From assembly GCF_055900595.2 (NCBI RefSeq), contig NZ_CM148325.1: a stretch of 64,000 bases of DNA; one strand, given 5' to 3'. The position numbers were made by a program, and so were the translations under genes. A model generated the notes under the pieces. That model worked only from the letters and a program-made list of their open reading frames with translations. It had not been told where the DNA came from and searched no databases. The number at the start of each line of letters is the position of its first letter. Position 1 is the first letter of the stretch. Shown here piece after piece: positions 23,221-36,334 of this stretch.

Positions 23221-23643
23221 TTACGGTGTTACCCCTTTTTTTAAAAGAATATTCCCGTACTTCGCTCGTTCGCCTGTGATAACGATCGCAAAGGCTTTTT
23301 GCGCCCGCTCATAAAACGCAAAACGATTGATGCGGATGATGTCAGGACAGGGGGCTTGTAGTGAAAGCGCATTACGATAACGTCGTTCTACTTCAGGATC
23401 GAGAGTGTCACCTTCTACCGCCGCCATCATCACCAGCGGCGGTGCATAACTGTCCAGTTCAAATAACGGGATAATCGCCTGGAGTAAGTCGCTCACCAAC
23501 AGGCCATCAGCACGGATCACCTGCGGTCCCATCGAATGGGCGGGAAAGTGAGCATCGGAAAAAATAATTTCATCTCCATGTCCCATCTCTGCCAGCACTT
23601 TCAATAGTTCGGGAGAAATTAACGGCGAAATTGTTTTCAGCAT
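23221..23643 (-). CDS. fucU: L-fucose mutarotase
   Basis: 140 aa RbsD/FucU family. Confidence 0.9.
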
Positions 23644-23644
23644 T

Positions 23645-25093
23645 TCACACTTCCTCTATAAATTCAGGTTCAGTTTGTGGGTAGAAATAACGGTACTGAT
23701 AATGAATCTGCGCGCGAGCTTCTTCCGGGCTGTTAAATTCCCCTACGCCATACCAACCGAACAGCGCAGCTCCTGCGACGGTCGTTTCGGCGTCGTCGAG
23801 AACTTTTACCGGAATATCAAGCATATTGGCTTTAATCTGATTCCACAATGTGTTGCGACTTCCTCCACCTACTAACAATAATTCAGAGGCTTTAAAGTGC
23901 CCGATTTTTTCCAGCATCTGTAGATTGCGCTGTAATTGCGCGGTTAACCCTTCCAGCGCCGCGCGATAGAAATGTCCGCGCGTGGTATTGAGCGTCACTC
24001 CTTGCCAGCCAGCGTTCTGACACGACAATAAATCACACTGCATTTTCACGCCATCCGCGCCAGGCGCGATCAGACGAGCCTCTTCAATCAACATTTGCCA
24101 GGGCGTTTCAGCAGTCCAGAACAGTTTTCTCACCCATTCCAGCACGCCGGATGCCAGCCATTGCATACCTGGGTTATACAACCCTGCCTGACTATCCAGT
24201 TCGCAGGTCGAACCGGCGTACTGACTTAACAGCGAAGTATCAACCTGGGCGCTACGGACCATTAAAATTTCCCATGTACCGGAAGAGAGCACGGGTTCAT
24301 TTTGTTCGGCACCAGCGCCAAAAAGGGCGAACTGGGTATCGTGACCTGCGGAAATCACCGGTATGCCAACGGGTAAGCCGAGCATTGCTGCGGCGCTGTT
24401 CTGTAACGTACCAATCTGTTCACCCGCTTCCCCCAGACGAGGGAAGAGTCGGCGCGGAATACCGGTGGCTTGTAAAATTTGCGGACTGAAATCGCGTTGC
24501 TGGATATCCAGCATCTGGCTGGTTCCGGCCATCGTGATATCAGTAGTGAATTCGCCGGTTAAACGGTGGTTAATCAGCGACGAAATAAAGAGCCAGGCGT
24601 GCGCGCGTTCCAGCAGTTGTGGATGATTTTCTTTCAACCACACCAATTTATATAACGTATTGAAACTAAAGGCTCCGACGCCAGAAATAGCCTGCAACTG
24701 CTGTGCGGAGATCAACCGTTCAATATTGTCCATTACCGCTGCTGTTCGCGGACATTTCCAGCTAATGATCGGATAGAGCAGATTGCCTTGCTTATCTACC
24801 AGAGCGCCATCCACACCAAAGGTGGTGACGGCGATACCGCGGATGTGGCATTCAGTCAGTTCACTATTGATTTGCCGACAGCAATCAGCAAAGCGTTGCA
24901 AAATGGCGTCTAAAGACCACTGGTGCCAGGTGTTGTTTTCCATCGCGATATCGCTGGCATTAGGCGTTGAGGCGCGGGCAACAATTTTTCCCTGCCGATT
25001 AACCGCGATGGCCCTGACATTGGTCGCGCCACAGTCGAGTACCAGGATAACTTCTTGTTTCATAATCGCTCCTGCAATATAGCCGGATAACAT
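23645..25093 (-). CDS. fucK: L-fuculokinase
   Basis: 482 aa FGGY kinase. Confidence 0.9.
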
Positions 25094-25171
25094 TGCTTAT
25101 CCGGCTAACCACTCTTGCTTGTTCAGGCCCGGAAGCCGGGGCGACCGGGCATCACATCAGGGAGTAATGTA

Positions 25172-26947
25172 TTAACGCTTGTACAACGGGCCGTAGTTCT
25201 GGCAAGCGCGGTAATCCTGGCCTTCAATATCCATGCCGTGCGCGGCCCAGGCAGAAGGACGATACACTTTGGTCTCTTCAACGTTATGCATACATACCGG
25301 GATACGCAGCATGGAGGCGAGAGTGATAAAGTCAGCGCCAACGTGGCCGATGGTCAGAACCCCGTGGTTAGCGCCCCAGTTCGCCATTACCGAGTACACA
25401 TCCGTAAACGGCCCTTTACCGGTGAGGCGCGGTGCAAACCAGGTGGTTGGCCAGGTTGAGTTGGTGCGTTTGTTGAGGATGTCATGCACATCCTTCGGTA
25501 ACTCAACGCTCCAGCCTTCCGCGATTTGCAGTACCGGTCCCAGGCCTTTGATGATGTTGACACGGGTCATGGTGAACGGGACACCGCCTTCAGTAAGGAA
25601 GCGGGAAGAGTAACCACCGCCACGGAAATATTCGTGGATAGCCGGGCACCATTCGGTCGCGGCGAGGCAAGCGTCAGCCTCTTGCTGAGAGATTTCCCAG
25701 TGCGGCTTCATCGTCGGTTTACCTTCGCTGTCGCGTTGTTTACAGGATCCGTCCAGCGCAGCAGAACCGGAGTTGATCAAGTGGATGATGCCGTGTTCTG
25801 CCAGTCCGTCCAGTTTATGCCCCGTTACTCGCTCAATTGCTTCTGGTGACCAGTAGGTACGCACATCGGCAAATACCTGAGCGGTGCCGGTGAGTTGGTG
25901 ACCCATTAGCATTGCCACGCCGTTAAGACTGTCGTTTTCGGTCGCCACGACAAAGGGTTCGCGTACGCCATTCCAGTCAAATGAACTGTTGAGGATCGCT
26001 TCGGCGGTGTCGCCATTTGGATATTGATCGGTCCAGTGACGTTGCCCCTGGAAGCCCGCAGCGATGGCGTTGTAACCAAGAGATTCTTCCACGCGACCAA
26101 TATCGGCCAGTTTGCTGTTGCCTTGCATCATGTCGCGGATACACATCGTCATCAGTAAACTTTCGCGTAGAACTGCGCGGCTTTGCTCGGCATTGCGTTG
26201 ATACTGTTTGTTATTTTCATCTTCGCCATAGCGGAAGTTTTTATCAGCCCAGGCCAGCGCCATTTCCAGTTCTGCTTCGTCGTAAATCTTCTGATCAATA
26301 CGGCGACGCAGTTCGGTCATATCCACCGCCTGGACTTTCATTCCCAGCCAGGATTCAAAGAAGTTGTGGTCAACGATGGAACCGGCGATCCCCATCGAAA
26401 CGCCGCCCAGCGACAGATAGCTTTTACCTTTCATACTGGCGACTGCCAAACCGGCGCGGGCAAAGCGCAGCAGTTTTTCTTCAACGTCGGCAGGAATCGA
26501 TGTGTCATCGGCATCCTGAACGTCATGACCGTAAATGGAGAATGCCGGGATACCTTTCTGACTGTGAGCTGCCAGAGCTGCGGCGAGGTAAACAGCGCCT
26601 GGGCGTTCAGTGCCGTTAAAGCCCCAAATGGCTTTCGGGCGGGTAGGGTCCATGTCAATGGTTTCACTGCCATAGCACCAGCAAGGCGTTACCGTAATGG
26701 TGAGGCCTACATTCTGGCTGCTGAATTTTTCTTCGCAAGCAGCAGCTTCAGCCATACCCGCGATACAGGTATCGGAAATGACACACTCGACGGCAGCTCC
26801 GCAGGCATGGCGCAGTTTCTCGGTCAGCAGTGCGGCCGTAGCTTTCGCCATATTCATTGTTTGTTCTTCAAGCGACTCACGAACACCCATGCGACGACCG
26901 TCAATAACCGGGCGGATACCAATTTTCGGTAAGCTGATTTTTTTCAT
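25172..26947 (-). CDS. fucI: L-fucose isomerase
   Basis: 591 aa, [19 protein letters not shown]. Confidence 0.95.
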   Translation of the reverse strand: MKKISLPKIGIRPVIDGRRMGVRESLEEQTMNMAKATAALLTEKLRHACGAAVECVISDTCIAGMAEAAACEEKFSSQNVGLTITVTPCWCYGSETIDMDPTRPKAIWGFNGTERPGAVYLAAALAAHSQKGIPAFSIYGHDVQDADDTSIPADVEEKLLRFARAGLAVASMKGKSYLSLGGVSMGIAGSIVDHNFFESWLGMKVQAVDMTELRRRIDQKIYDEAELEMALAWADKNFRYGEDENNKQYQRNAEQSRAVLRESLLMTMCIRDMMQGNSKLADIGRVEESLGYNAIAAGFQGQRHWTDQYPNGDTAEAILNSSFDWNGVREPFVVATENDSLNGVAMLMGHQLTGTAQVFADVRTYWSPEAIERVTGHKLDGLAEHGIIHLINSGSAALDGSCKQRDSEGKPTMKPHWEISQQEADACLAATEWCPAIHEYFRGGGYSSRFLTEGGVPFTMTRVNIIKGLGPVLQIAEGWSVELPKDVHDILNKRTNSTWPTTWFAPRLTGKGPFTDVYSVMANWGANHGVLTIGHVGADFITLASMLRIPVCMHNVEETKVYRPSAWAAHGMDIEGQDYRACQNYGPLYKR

Positions 26948-26979
26948 TACAGATTCCTCACTTTATTCGGAAAATATGT

Positions 26980-28296
26980 TCAGTTAGTTGCCGTTTGAGA
27001 ACGGAAACGGGCAAAGATAAAGATGACCGCGAAGCAGAGTGCGGGGATCAGTTCGGCTGTGGGGATGTTGCCCGCCGCGTCACTGACAAAACCCATGACC
27101 GGAGTGACAATACCGCCGCCAATAATGGTCATAACGATGAAGGACGAGCCGTATTTGGTGTCCTGGCCGAGATTCTTTATGCCCAGCGAGAAGATTGTTG
27201 GGTACTGAATCGACATAAAGGCGCTGCATAAAGTCAGGGCTATTAAACCCACATGACCGCCAGCGAAGGCTGAGATCAGGCACAGTGCCATAGCGATTAA
27301 TGCGTAGGCTGCCAGGACTTTGTGTGGTGCGAAGCGACTGATGAGCCAGGTGCCGGTGAAACGACCAATAAAGAAGCACACCATGGTTCCGGTTAAATAG
27401 TTAGCGGCAAAGCCTGCGGTCATACCTGGAATTTCTTCTACAGCGTAGCGAATCAAATAGCTCCAGCAGGCCGTTTGCGCGCCGACGTAGCAGAATTGCG
27501 CTAATACTGCCCAGCGCCAGTGGCGAATACGCGCCAGGCGAGAAAGCGATGCGGAGAACGATCCTTGTTTGGCGTCACTGTGATTATCACTCTGCAATGC
27601 CGGGAATTTCGTCAGCATGATCAGCAGGGCGACCAGTAACACGATAGCCACGATGATCATATAAGGTGTCTGTACCGATAATACCAGGCTGTGTTTATAC
27701 GCACTCAATTGCTCTGGTGACATTTTATCGAGAACGTCTTGCGATTGATGTGGCACGTTAGACAAAATAAGACTTTGCCCAAAGACAACCGCAATAATTG
27801 CGCCAAATGAGTTAAATGTTTGCGCAAGATTTAAGCGAAAGTGACCGCTGCTTTCTGGTCCTAATACCGTAACGAAAGGGTTTGCGGCAGTTTCCAGACA
27901 ACCTAATCCGGCTGCAATAATAAATAGGCCAATTAAAAATAAGGTGTAGTTCATTATTTCTGCGGCGGGCCAGAATAATGCAGCGCCGAAGGCATATAAA
28001 AACAATCCGGTAATAATCCCTGCTTTATAACTGAGTTTTTTCATCAATATCCCGGCAGGGATTGGGATAATGAAATAACCAAAGTAAAAGGCCGATTGGA
28101 TCAGACCTGCCTGAAAGTTTGTCAGCGTAAAAGCCTGCTGAAATTGAGGCAATAAAATGTCGTTAAGGTTATTGGCTACCGCCCAAAGAAAAAACAGTGA
28201 GCACAGCAGCGCGAATGGAATAATGTAACTTCTGCTTTGCCCTGCATCTTTATCTACCGCACGGTAACTCTGCGTTTGTATTGATGTGTTTCCCAT
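26980..28296 (-). CDS. fucP: L-fucose:H+ symporter (MFS)
   Basis: 438 aa polytopic membrane protein. Confidence 0.95.
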   Translation of the reverse strand: MGNTSIQTQSYRAVDKDAGQSRSYIIPFALLCSLFFLWAVANNLNDILLPQFQQAFTLTNFQAGLIQSAFYFGYFIIPIPAGILMKKLSYKAGIITGLFLYAFGAALFWPAAEIMNYTLFLIGLFIIAAGLGCLETAANPFVTVLGPESSGHFRLNLAQTFNSFGAIIAVVFGQSLILSNVPHQSQDVLDKMSPEQLSAYKHSLVLSVQTPYMIIVAIVLLVALLIMLTKFPALQSDNHSDAKQGSFSASLSRLARIRHWRWAVLAQFCYVGAQTACWSYLIRYAVEEIPGMTAGFAANYLTGTMVCFFIGRFTGTWLISRFAPHKVLAAYALIAMALCLISAFAGGHVGLIALTLCSAFMSIQYPTIFSLGIKNLGQDTKYGSSFIVMTIIGGGIVTPVMGFVSDAAGNIPTAELIPALCFAVIFIFARFRSQTATN

Positions 28297-28842
28297 AGCA
28301 TCCTCTTAGGTTCAGAAGCTTAAGCACGTAATCGGTTATGTTTTCAAAAGTGCAAAACCAGCGAGTTCGGGCTTCATATCAGTGAATATTTGCCTGTCTG
28401 AAATGAACTCATGGATTCATTTTCAAATAAAAAACGCTCTGTAATATGACGACGGTCACACTTATTAGCTGGGAGGTGACTTTATGTGACTACCATCACT
28501 TTAATAATCGAAATTTCATGCCCGTTTCAGAAAATAAATCATAAAAAACACAAACCAGATGACCGTATTAATTGTTTATGCCGAAAACGGGCATTTCTGG
28601 CGAGGGGAAATGGAAAAATGACCGTTTTGATAAATATTTTTAAGAGCGGTCATTTTTAACGGGGTTATAAAAAGAGAACTTGCAGTTATTTACTGTGATT
28701 AGTTGAGCCAGGTCACAAAATATAAGCTTGTGAATTTCTTTCCGGTTAATCAGGAAGAAGATGGTGGGTAATTAAACGGCTAATTCAATAGTGTGAAAGG
28801 AACAACATTATTGCCCTGTTTTGAATCAGAGAGAGGTAGCTA
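28297..28842. promoter_or_regulatory. Divergent fucPIKUR / fucAO control region
   Basis: 546 bp AT-rich intergenic region between divergent operons; contains several copies of a TGACCG(T) core in both orientations (for example atgaccgta, gacggtca, atgaccgtt, gcggtcat). Confidence 0.5.
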
Positions 28843-29490
28843 ATGGAACGAAATAAACTTGCTCGTCAGATTATTGACACTTGCCTGGAAATGACCCGCC
28901 TGGGACTGAATCAGGGAACAGCGGGTAACGTCAGTGTACGTTATCAGGATGGGATGCTGATTACGCCTACAGGCATTCCGTATGAAAAACTGACGGAGTC
29001 GCATATTGTCTTTATTGATGGCAACGGTAAACATGAGGAAGGAAAGCTTCCCTCAAGCGAATGGCGTTTCCATATGGCGGCCTATCAAAGCAGACCGGAT
29101 GCCAACGCGGTTGTTCACAATCATGCCGTTCATTGCACGGCAGTTTCCATTCTTAACCGACCTATCCCCGCTATTCACTACATGATTGCGGCGGCTGGCG
29201 GTAATTCTATTCCTTGCGCGCCTTATGCGACCTTTGGAACTCGGGAACTTTCTGAACATGTTGCGCTGGCTCTCAAAAACCGTAAGGCAACTTTGTTACA
29301 ACATCATGGGCTTATCGCTTGTGAGGTGAATCTGGAGAAAGCGTTATGGCTGGCGCATGAAGTTGAAGTGCTGGCGCAGCTTTACCTGACGACCCTGGCG
29401 ATTACGGACCCGGTGCCAGTGCTGAGCGATGAAGAGATTGCCGTAGTGCTGGAGAAATTCAAAACCTACGGGTTACGGATTGAAGAGTAA
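28843..29490 (+). CDS. fucA: L-fuculose-phosphate aldolase
   Basis: 215 aa class II aldolase. Confidence 0.95.
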   Translation: MERNKLARQIIDTCLEMTRLGLNQGTAGNVSVRYQDGMLITPTGIPYEKLTESHIVFIDGNGKHEEGKLPSSEWRFHMAAYQSRPDANAVVHNHAVHCTAVSILNRPIPAIHYMIAAAGGNSIPCAPYATFGTRELSEHVALALKNRKATLLQHHGLIACEVNLEKALWLAHEVEVLAQLYLTTLAITDPVPVLSDEEIAVVLEKFKTYGLRIEE

Positions 29491-29517
29491 TTTCGTAAAG
29501 CAAAAAGGAGCAGGATG

Positions 29518-30666
29518 ATGGCTAACAGAATGATTCTGAACGAAACGGCATGGTTTGGTCGGGGAGCTGTTGGGGCCTTAACTGAGGAGGTGAAACGCCG
29601 TGGTTATCAGAAGGCGCTGATCGTCACCGATAAAACGCTGGTGCAATGCGGCGTGGTGGCGAAAGTGACCGATAAGATGGATGCTGCAGGGCTGGCATGG
29701 GCGATTTACGATGGTGTAGTGCCCAACCCGACAATTACTGTCGTCAAAGAAGGGCTTGGTGTATTCCAGAGTAGCGGTGCGGATTACCTGATCGCTATTG
29801 GTGGTGGTTCTCCACAGGACACGTGTAAAGCGATTGGCATCATCAGCAACAACCCGGAATTCGCCGATGTGCGCAGTCTGGAAGGGCTTTCCCCGACCAA
29901 TAAACCCAGTGTACCGATTCTGGCAATCCCCACCACAGCAGGCACTGCGGCAGAAGTGACCATTAACTATGTGATCACTGACGAAGAAAAACGACGCAAG
30001 TTCGTTTGTGTTGATCCGCATGATATCCCGCAGGTGGCATTTATTGACGCTGACATGATGGATGGTATGCCGCCTGCGCTGAAAGCCGCGACGGGTGTCG
30101 ATGCGCTCACTCATGCTATTGAGGGGTATATTACTCGTGGTGCGTGGGCGCTAACCGATGCGCTGCACATTAAAGCGATTGAAATTATTGCTGGGGCGCT
30201 ACGAGGATCGGTTGCTGGTGATAAGGATGCCGGAGAAGAAATGGCGCTCGGGCAGTATGTTGCGGGTATGGGCTTCTCGAATGTTGGGTTAGGGCTGGTG
30301 CATGGTATGGCGCATCCGCTGGGCGCGTTTTACAACACGCCACACGGTGTTGCGAACGCCATCCTGTTACCGCATGTCATGCGCTATAACGCTGACTTTA
30401 CCGGTGAGAAGTACCGCGATATTGCGCGTGTAATGGGCGTAAAAGTGGAAGGTTTGAGCCTGGAAGACGCGCGTAATGCCGCTGTTGAAGCGGTATTTGC
30501 TCTCAACCGTGATGTCGGTATTCCGCCACATTTGCGTGATGTTGGTGTACGCAAGGAAGACATTCCGGCACTGGCGCAGGCGGCTCTGGACGATGTTTGT
30601 ACCGGTGGCAACCCGCGTGAAGCAACGCTTGAGGATATTGTAGCGCTTTACCATACCGCCTGGTAA
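29518..30666 (+). CDS. fucO: L-1,2-propanediol oxidoreductase (lactaldehyde reductase)
   Basis: MANRMILNETAWFGRGAVGAL; iron-type alcohol dehydrogenase. Confidence 0.95.
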   Translation: MANRMILNETAWFGRGAVGALTEEVKRRGYQKALIVTDKTLVQCGVVAKVTDKMDAAGLAWAIYDGVVPNPTITVVKEGLGVFQSSGADYLIAIGGGSPQDTCKAIGIISNNPEFADVRSLEGLSPTNKPSVPILAIPTTAGTAAEVTINYVITDEEKRRKFVCVDPHDIPQVAFIDADMMDGMPPALKAATGVDALTHAIEGYITRGAWALTDALHIKAIEIIAGALRGSVAGDKDAGEEMALGQYVAGMGFSNVGLGLVHGMAHPLGAFYNTPHGVANAILLPHVMRYNADFTGEKYRDIARVMGVKVEGLSLEDARNAAVEAVFALNRDVGIPPHLRDVGVRKEDIPALAQAALDDVCTGGNPREATLEDIVALYHTAW

Positions 30667-30682
30667 TTGCGCTGATGTGACG

Positions 30683-30713
30683 ATGCCGGATGCGACGTTT
30701 GCGCCGTATCCGG
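30683..30713. repeat. REP-like palindrome downstream of fucO and xni
   Basis: gccggatgcgacgtttgcgccgtatccggc. Confidence 0.45.
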
Positions 30714-30720
30714 CACGCCG

Positions 30721-31587
<867 letters not shown>

Positions 31588-32955
31588 TTAATCGCAGGCA
31601 ACAATCTTCATCGCCAGGCCACCACGAGAGGTTTCGCGGTACTTGGCATTCATATCTTTACCTGTTTCGTACATGGTTTCGATAACTTTATCGAGGCAGA
31701 CACGTGGTTCGCTGGTACGGCGTAGCGCCATACGTGCAGCGTTCACCGCTTTTACTGCCGCAATGGCGTTACGCTCAATGCACGGTACCTGAACTTGTCC
31801 AGCAACCGGGTCACAAGTCAGACCGAGGTTGTGTTCCATGGCGATTTCCGCCGCGATGCACACCTGCGCCGGGCTTGCGCCTAACAATTCTGCCAGACCA
31901 GCTGCCGCCATAGAGCACGCCACGCCAACTTCACCCTGGCAACCCACTTCGGCACCAGAAATCGAGGCGTTCATCTTATAAAGAGAACCAATCGCGCTGG
32001 CAACCAGCAGGTAACGAGCCAGTGAGTTAGCGTTCACTTCGCGGATAAACTTGTCGTAGTACGCCAGCACTGCCGGGATAATCCCGCACGCACCGTTAGT
32101 CGGCGCAGTCACCACGCGACCGCCCGCAGCGTTCTCTTCGTTCACTGCCAGCGCAAACATGTTGATCCAGTCAACAACTGCCATCGGATCAGTGGTGGTT
32201 TTATCCTGGCTAACCAGCATCCGGCGCAGTGCCGCAGCGCGGCGTGGAACGCGCAGTTTGCCTGGCAAAACGCCTTCGGTGACAATACCGCGCTCAATAC
32301 CGCCACGCATTACTTCCCAGACATTCGCCAGGTGCTGTTCCAGTTCTTCTTTGCTGTGCAGCGCCAGCTCGTTTTTCATCATCAGACCAGAGAGTGACAG
32401 CCCGGTCTCCTGACAATGTTTTTGAAGATCGGCAGCGGAACTGTACGGATAAGGAACTTCAACCGGTGCGCTATCCTGCTGACCAAAATGTTCTTCATCA
32501 ACGATAAAGCCACCGCCGATAGAGTAGTAAGTCTGACTGTAAACGACTTTATCGCCCGCCAGCGCGGTAATGCGCATGCCGTTTTCATGTAGAGAAAGGT
32601 TATCGGCATGGAAGTTCATGCACTGATCAACCGGGAACTCCACTTCGTGCTGACCGTTTGCCAACATCAGGCGACCATGAGTATTCACATCCTGAATAAA
32701 ACCAGGGATGGAATCGATATCCACGGTATCCGGCAGGTTACCCGCCAGACCCATAATTATGGCGATATCTGTGTGGTGGCCTTTACCGGTCAGAGAGAGC
32801 GAGCCGTACACGTCAACCACCACGCGGGTCACGTCTTTAAGCAGGTTACGGGCAATCAGATCGTCGGTAAATTGCTTACCCGCTTTCATTGGTCCAACGG
32901 TATGAGAACTGGAAGGGCCAATGCCGATTTTGAAAATATCGAATACGCTAATCAT
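31588..32955 (-). CDS. sdaB: L-serine dehydratase 2
   Basis: 455 aa, MISVFDIFKIGIGPSSSHTVGPM. Confidence 0.95.
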   Translation of the reverse strand: MISVFDIFKIGIGPSSSHTVGPMKAGKQFTDDLIARNLLKDVTRVVVDVYGSLSLTGKGHHTDIAIIMGLAGNLPDTVDIDSIPGFIQDVNTHGRLMLANGQHEVEFPVDQCMNFHADNLSLHENGMRITALAGDKVVYSQTYYSIGGGFIVDEEHFGQQDSAPVEVPYPYSSAADLQKHCQETGLSLSGLMMKNELALHSKEELEQHLANVWEVMRGGIERGIVTEGVLPGKLRVPRRAAALRRMLVSQDKTTTDPMAVVDWINMFALAVNEENAAGGRVVTAPTNGACGIIPAVLAYYDKFIREVNANSLARYLLVASAIGSLYKMNASISGAEVGCQGEVGVACSMAAAGLAELLGASPAQVCIAAEIAMEHNLGLTCDPVAGQVQVPCIERNAIAAVKAVNAARMALRRTSEPRVCLDKVIETMYETGKDMNAKYRETSRGGLAMKIVACD

Positions 32956-33012
32956 AGGAAATACATCGCGTTAAAACGGAGGAAGCGCCGCCCGAAAGCG
33001 GCGCGAAAGGAC

Positions 33013-34302
33013 TTAGCTGAACAGAGAGTAGAAGATTGCGGAGATTGCAATCAGACCCATCACGACAACGAATACGTTGCTGATGTGACCGCTGTATTTA
33101 CGCATTGCCGGTACTTTCTGAATTGCGTACATCGGCATCAGGAACAGGATCATCGCGATGATTGGGCCGCCCAGGGTTTCAATCATACCCAGGATGCTCG
33201 GGTTCAGGGTGGCAACAATCCAGGTCGTTACCAGCATGAACAGCGCAGTGATACGGTTCAGCTTGTTGATTTCGATAGACTTACCTTTACCACGCAGAGA
33301 TTTAATCACCATACCGTTGAAGCCTTCACGTGCGCCCAGGTAGTGGCCGAGGAAGGATTTGGTGATAGCGATAATCGCGATAATCGGAGCCATCCACGCG
33401 ATGATCGGCGCGTTAAAGTGGTTAGCCAGGTAAGACAGAATCGAGATGTTCTGCTCTTTAGCCGCAGCCAGGTCTGCCGGAGTCAGGCTCAGTACGCAGC
33501 TGAAGACGAAGAACATTACGGTCAGCACCATCATGATGTGTGCGAATGCCAGGATCTTCGAGCATTTCTGTTCTGCCATATCGCCGTACTCTTCACGCTT
33601 CGCAACGGCGAAAGAAGAGATGATCGGAGAGTGGTTGAACGAGAACACCATGACCGGAATCGCCAGCCACAGGGTCATCCACAGACCGTTGCCGGTTGCC
33701 GATGCAGTGTCCAGAGACAGCGTTTCCAGTGCTGCGCCGTTCCACTGCGGGATCAGGTACAGAGCCAGCAGCATCAGTACACCAACAAACGGGAATACCA
33801 GAATACTCATCGCCTTCACGATCATCTGCTCACCGAAGCGAACAATGGTCATCATACCCACAATCAGGATCAGAGACAGAATCGCACGCGGCGGCGGCGT
33901 CATACCCAGCTGGTGAGACATGAAGCTTTCAACCGTGTTGGTGATTGCCACACTGTAAACCAGCAGGATCGGGTAGATAGCAAAGAAGTAGAGCAGGGTA
34001 ATCAGTTTACCTGCACCAATACCAAAGTGTTCTTCTACAACCTCGGTGATGTCTTCGCCTGGGTTTTTACCAGACAGTACGAAGCGAGTCAGGCCGCGGT
34101 GAGCAAAAAACGTCATCGGGAACGCAAGGATAGCCATGATGATCAGCGGGATCATACCGCCAACACCGGCGTTGATTGGCAGGAACAGCACGCCCGCGCC
34201 GATTGCCGTGCCGTAAAGGCCCAGCATCCACATGGTGTCTGTCTTGCGCCATGCACTACGTGAGTCTTTCGACACAATCGTGCTGGTTTGAGTCGTTTCC
34301 AT
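33013..34302 (-). CDS. sdaC: Serine:H+ symporter
   Basis: [31 protein letters not shown]; 429 aa. Confidence 0.9.
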   Translation of the reverse strand: METTQTSTIVSKDSRSAWRKTDTMWMLGLYGTAIGAGVLFLPINAGVGGMIPLIIMAILAFPMTFFAHRGLTRFVLSGKNPGEDITEVVEEHFGIGAGKLITLLYFFAIYPILLVYSVAITNTVESFMSHQLGMTPPPRAILSLILIVGMMTIVRFGEQMIVKAMSILVFPFVGVLMLLALYLIPQWNGAALETLSLDTASATGNGLWMTLWLAIPVMVFSFNHSPIISSFAVAKREEYGDMAEQKCSKILAFAHIMMVLTVMFFVFSCVLSLTPADLAAAKEQNISILSYLANHFNAPIIAWMAPIIAIIAITKSFLGHYLGAREGFNGMVIKSLRGKGKSIEINKLNRITALFMLVTTWIVATLNPSILGMIETLGGPIIAMILFLMPMYAIQKVPAMRKYSGHISNVFVVVMGLIAISAIFYSLFS

Positions 34303-34858
34303 CAATTTCTCCTGGAGGAATGCAAATAATTCAGCTTTTAGCCAGTTCAGCCCGGGAAGGTGCCTGACCGTAAAAATGAAATCTGTCTATCGGCGATGGC
34401 TTAATCATTTTCCGCCGTAATAATTTGAGGGCGGAAAGATACACACAAGTTATGTATCTATCAGTGATCTTGATCTCAAATACAATAATCTACTTGGAAG
34501 ATAGATAATCTCAACGCTTTACTCTGTAAATCAAAAGTAAAAGAGAATTTAAGGGCAATATTTGCCCATTAAACGACATCTGACCTCTTCCGGGGCGCGC
34601 AATATATGTAGGTTGAGCTGAAAAAATCAATACTTTTAGTGAATAATGGGGATAATTTATTTTTCATAGCGATAAAATGTGGTTTGTGAAAACAGGGAAA
34701 CGTTTGCGTTGTAATATAAATTGTATGACATATTAACTGTGATGATGTTTATCGCGTGAGGACGGTAAGAAACATTTATATAACAAATGAAATGAATTGA
34801 TGGGTAAGTAACCAAAAACGAGAAAACCCGGCAACTAATGTCACCGGGGAAGGGGAGA

Positions 34859-36223
34859 TTACGTGCAGATTTCGTAGCAAGGGATGTACGCTGAGCCTGG
34901 CAACTTCATACGATGCTGGGCAACAAAACCCTGTAGCAGGTCGTCCATACGACGCATAATCTCTTTATCGCCGTTGATTTTGTAAGGACCAAACTCTTCA
35001 ATGGCGCGAATACCGACTTCTTTTACGTTACCCGCCACAATACCGGAGAAGGCACGACGCAGATCAGCGGCCAAAACTTCTACTGGCTGATCCGGGTACA
35101 GTTTCAGATTAGCCATGTTCTCGTGAGACGGCTCAAACGGCATTTGCAGATCGGGCGCAATACGCATTGACCAGTTAAAGCTGTAGGCATCGCCCGTATC
35201 GCGACGGTTTTCTTTCACCAGCGGCATCGATTTTTTCATCTGACGAGCGACTTCAGCGGCGTCATCAATGATGATGCGATAATGGCGTCGCGCGTTTTCT
35301 CCCAGCGTATGCACGACAAACTCGTCCAGTACGCGGAAATAGTCGGCGCTCTCTTTTGGCCCGGTGAGGATCAATGGTAAAACCTGATCTTTGTTGGCCG
35401 GATTCATTAAAATTCCCAGCAAATACAGCAACTCTTCTGCCGTACCCACACCGCCAGGGAAGATAATGATGCCGTGAGCGATACGAACAAAAGCTTCCAG
35501 ACGTTTTTCGATATCCGGCATGATGATCAATTCGTTGACCAGCGGGTTAGGCGGTTCAGCGGCGATAATCGACGGCTCTGTCATACCAATAAAACGACTG
35601 TCTTTGTAACGCTGCTGTGCGTGTCCGACCGCAGCACCTTTCATCGGCGCTTCCATCGCTCCCGGACCACAGCCGGTGCAGATATTCAGCTCACGCAGGC
35701 CCAGCTGATTCCCGACGCGACGGGCATACAAATACTCGTTTTCGTTAATTGAGTGCCCGCCCCAGCAGACCACCATATTTGGCGCTTCACCGACATGCAG
35801 CGCACGAGCGTTACGCAAGATGGAAAAGACCAGGTTAGTGATGTGGACGGAGTTGTCGAGATTCAGGTTGGGAAAACGAACGGTGTTATGGATTTGCCCG
35901 TAAACGAAGAGAATGTCACGCAGAACCGCGAACAAGTTGGCCTGCAAAGCGCGGATAATACGCCCATCGACAAAAGCATCTTCCGGTGGATTAATCAGTT
36001 CCAGCTTTACGCCGCGTTCACGGCGCAGGACGTTAATATCGAAATTTTCAAAACGAGACAGCAATTCTTTGCTGTTATCGGTCAAACTACCGGAGTTCAG
36101 TACGGCAAGTGAACAGTTGCGAAACAGTTGATAGAGGTCGCTGCTGGCGGTGCGTTTAAGCATATCCACTTCCAGCTGCGACAACATATCCATGGAGCCA
36201 AGCGGGCTAATATGTGTAATCAA
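34859..36223 (-). CDS. ppnN: Pyrimidine/purine nucleotide 5'-monophosphate nucleosidase (LOG family)
   Basis: 454 aa; conserved position between sdaC and queF. Confidence 0.9.
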   Translation of the reverse strand: MITHISPLGSMDMLSQLEVDMLKRTASSDLYQLFRNCSLAVLNSGSLTDNSKELLSRFENFDINVLRRERGVKLELINPPEDAFVDGRIIRALQANLFAVLRDILFVYGQIHNTVRFPNLNLDNSVHITNLVFSILRNARALHVGEAPNMVVCWGGHSINENEYLYARRVGNQLGLRELNICTGCGPGAMEAPMKGAAVGHAQQRYKDSRFIGMTEPSIIAAEPPNPLVNELIIMPDIEKRLEAFVRIAHGIIIFPGGVGTAEELLYLLGILMNPANKDQVLPLILTGPKESADYFRVLDEFVVHTLGENARRHYRIIIDDAAEVARQMKKSMPLVKENRRDTGDAYSFNWSMRIAPDLQMPFEPSHENMANLKLYPDQPVEVLAADLRRAFSGIVAGNVKEVGIRAIEEFGPYKINGDKEIMRRMDDLLQGFVAQHRMKLPGSAYIPCYEICT

Positions 36224-36334
36224 GAAAAACTCCTTATGGGACGAATATCGTCATTCCCTTTGATTACAATAGCCCTGCCTGATGACCTTTCACAACCTTC
36301 TGCGTGAATCCAGCACGCAAAATTGAGAAAAAAT

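Noticed and set aside
32608-34263. 551 aa ORF on the + strand
   Set aside because: Entirely antisense to sdaB and sdaC, which are conserved and full length. The translation is low-complexity (runs of H, R, D, Q), typical of an antisense artefact.
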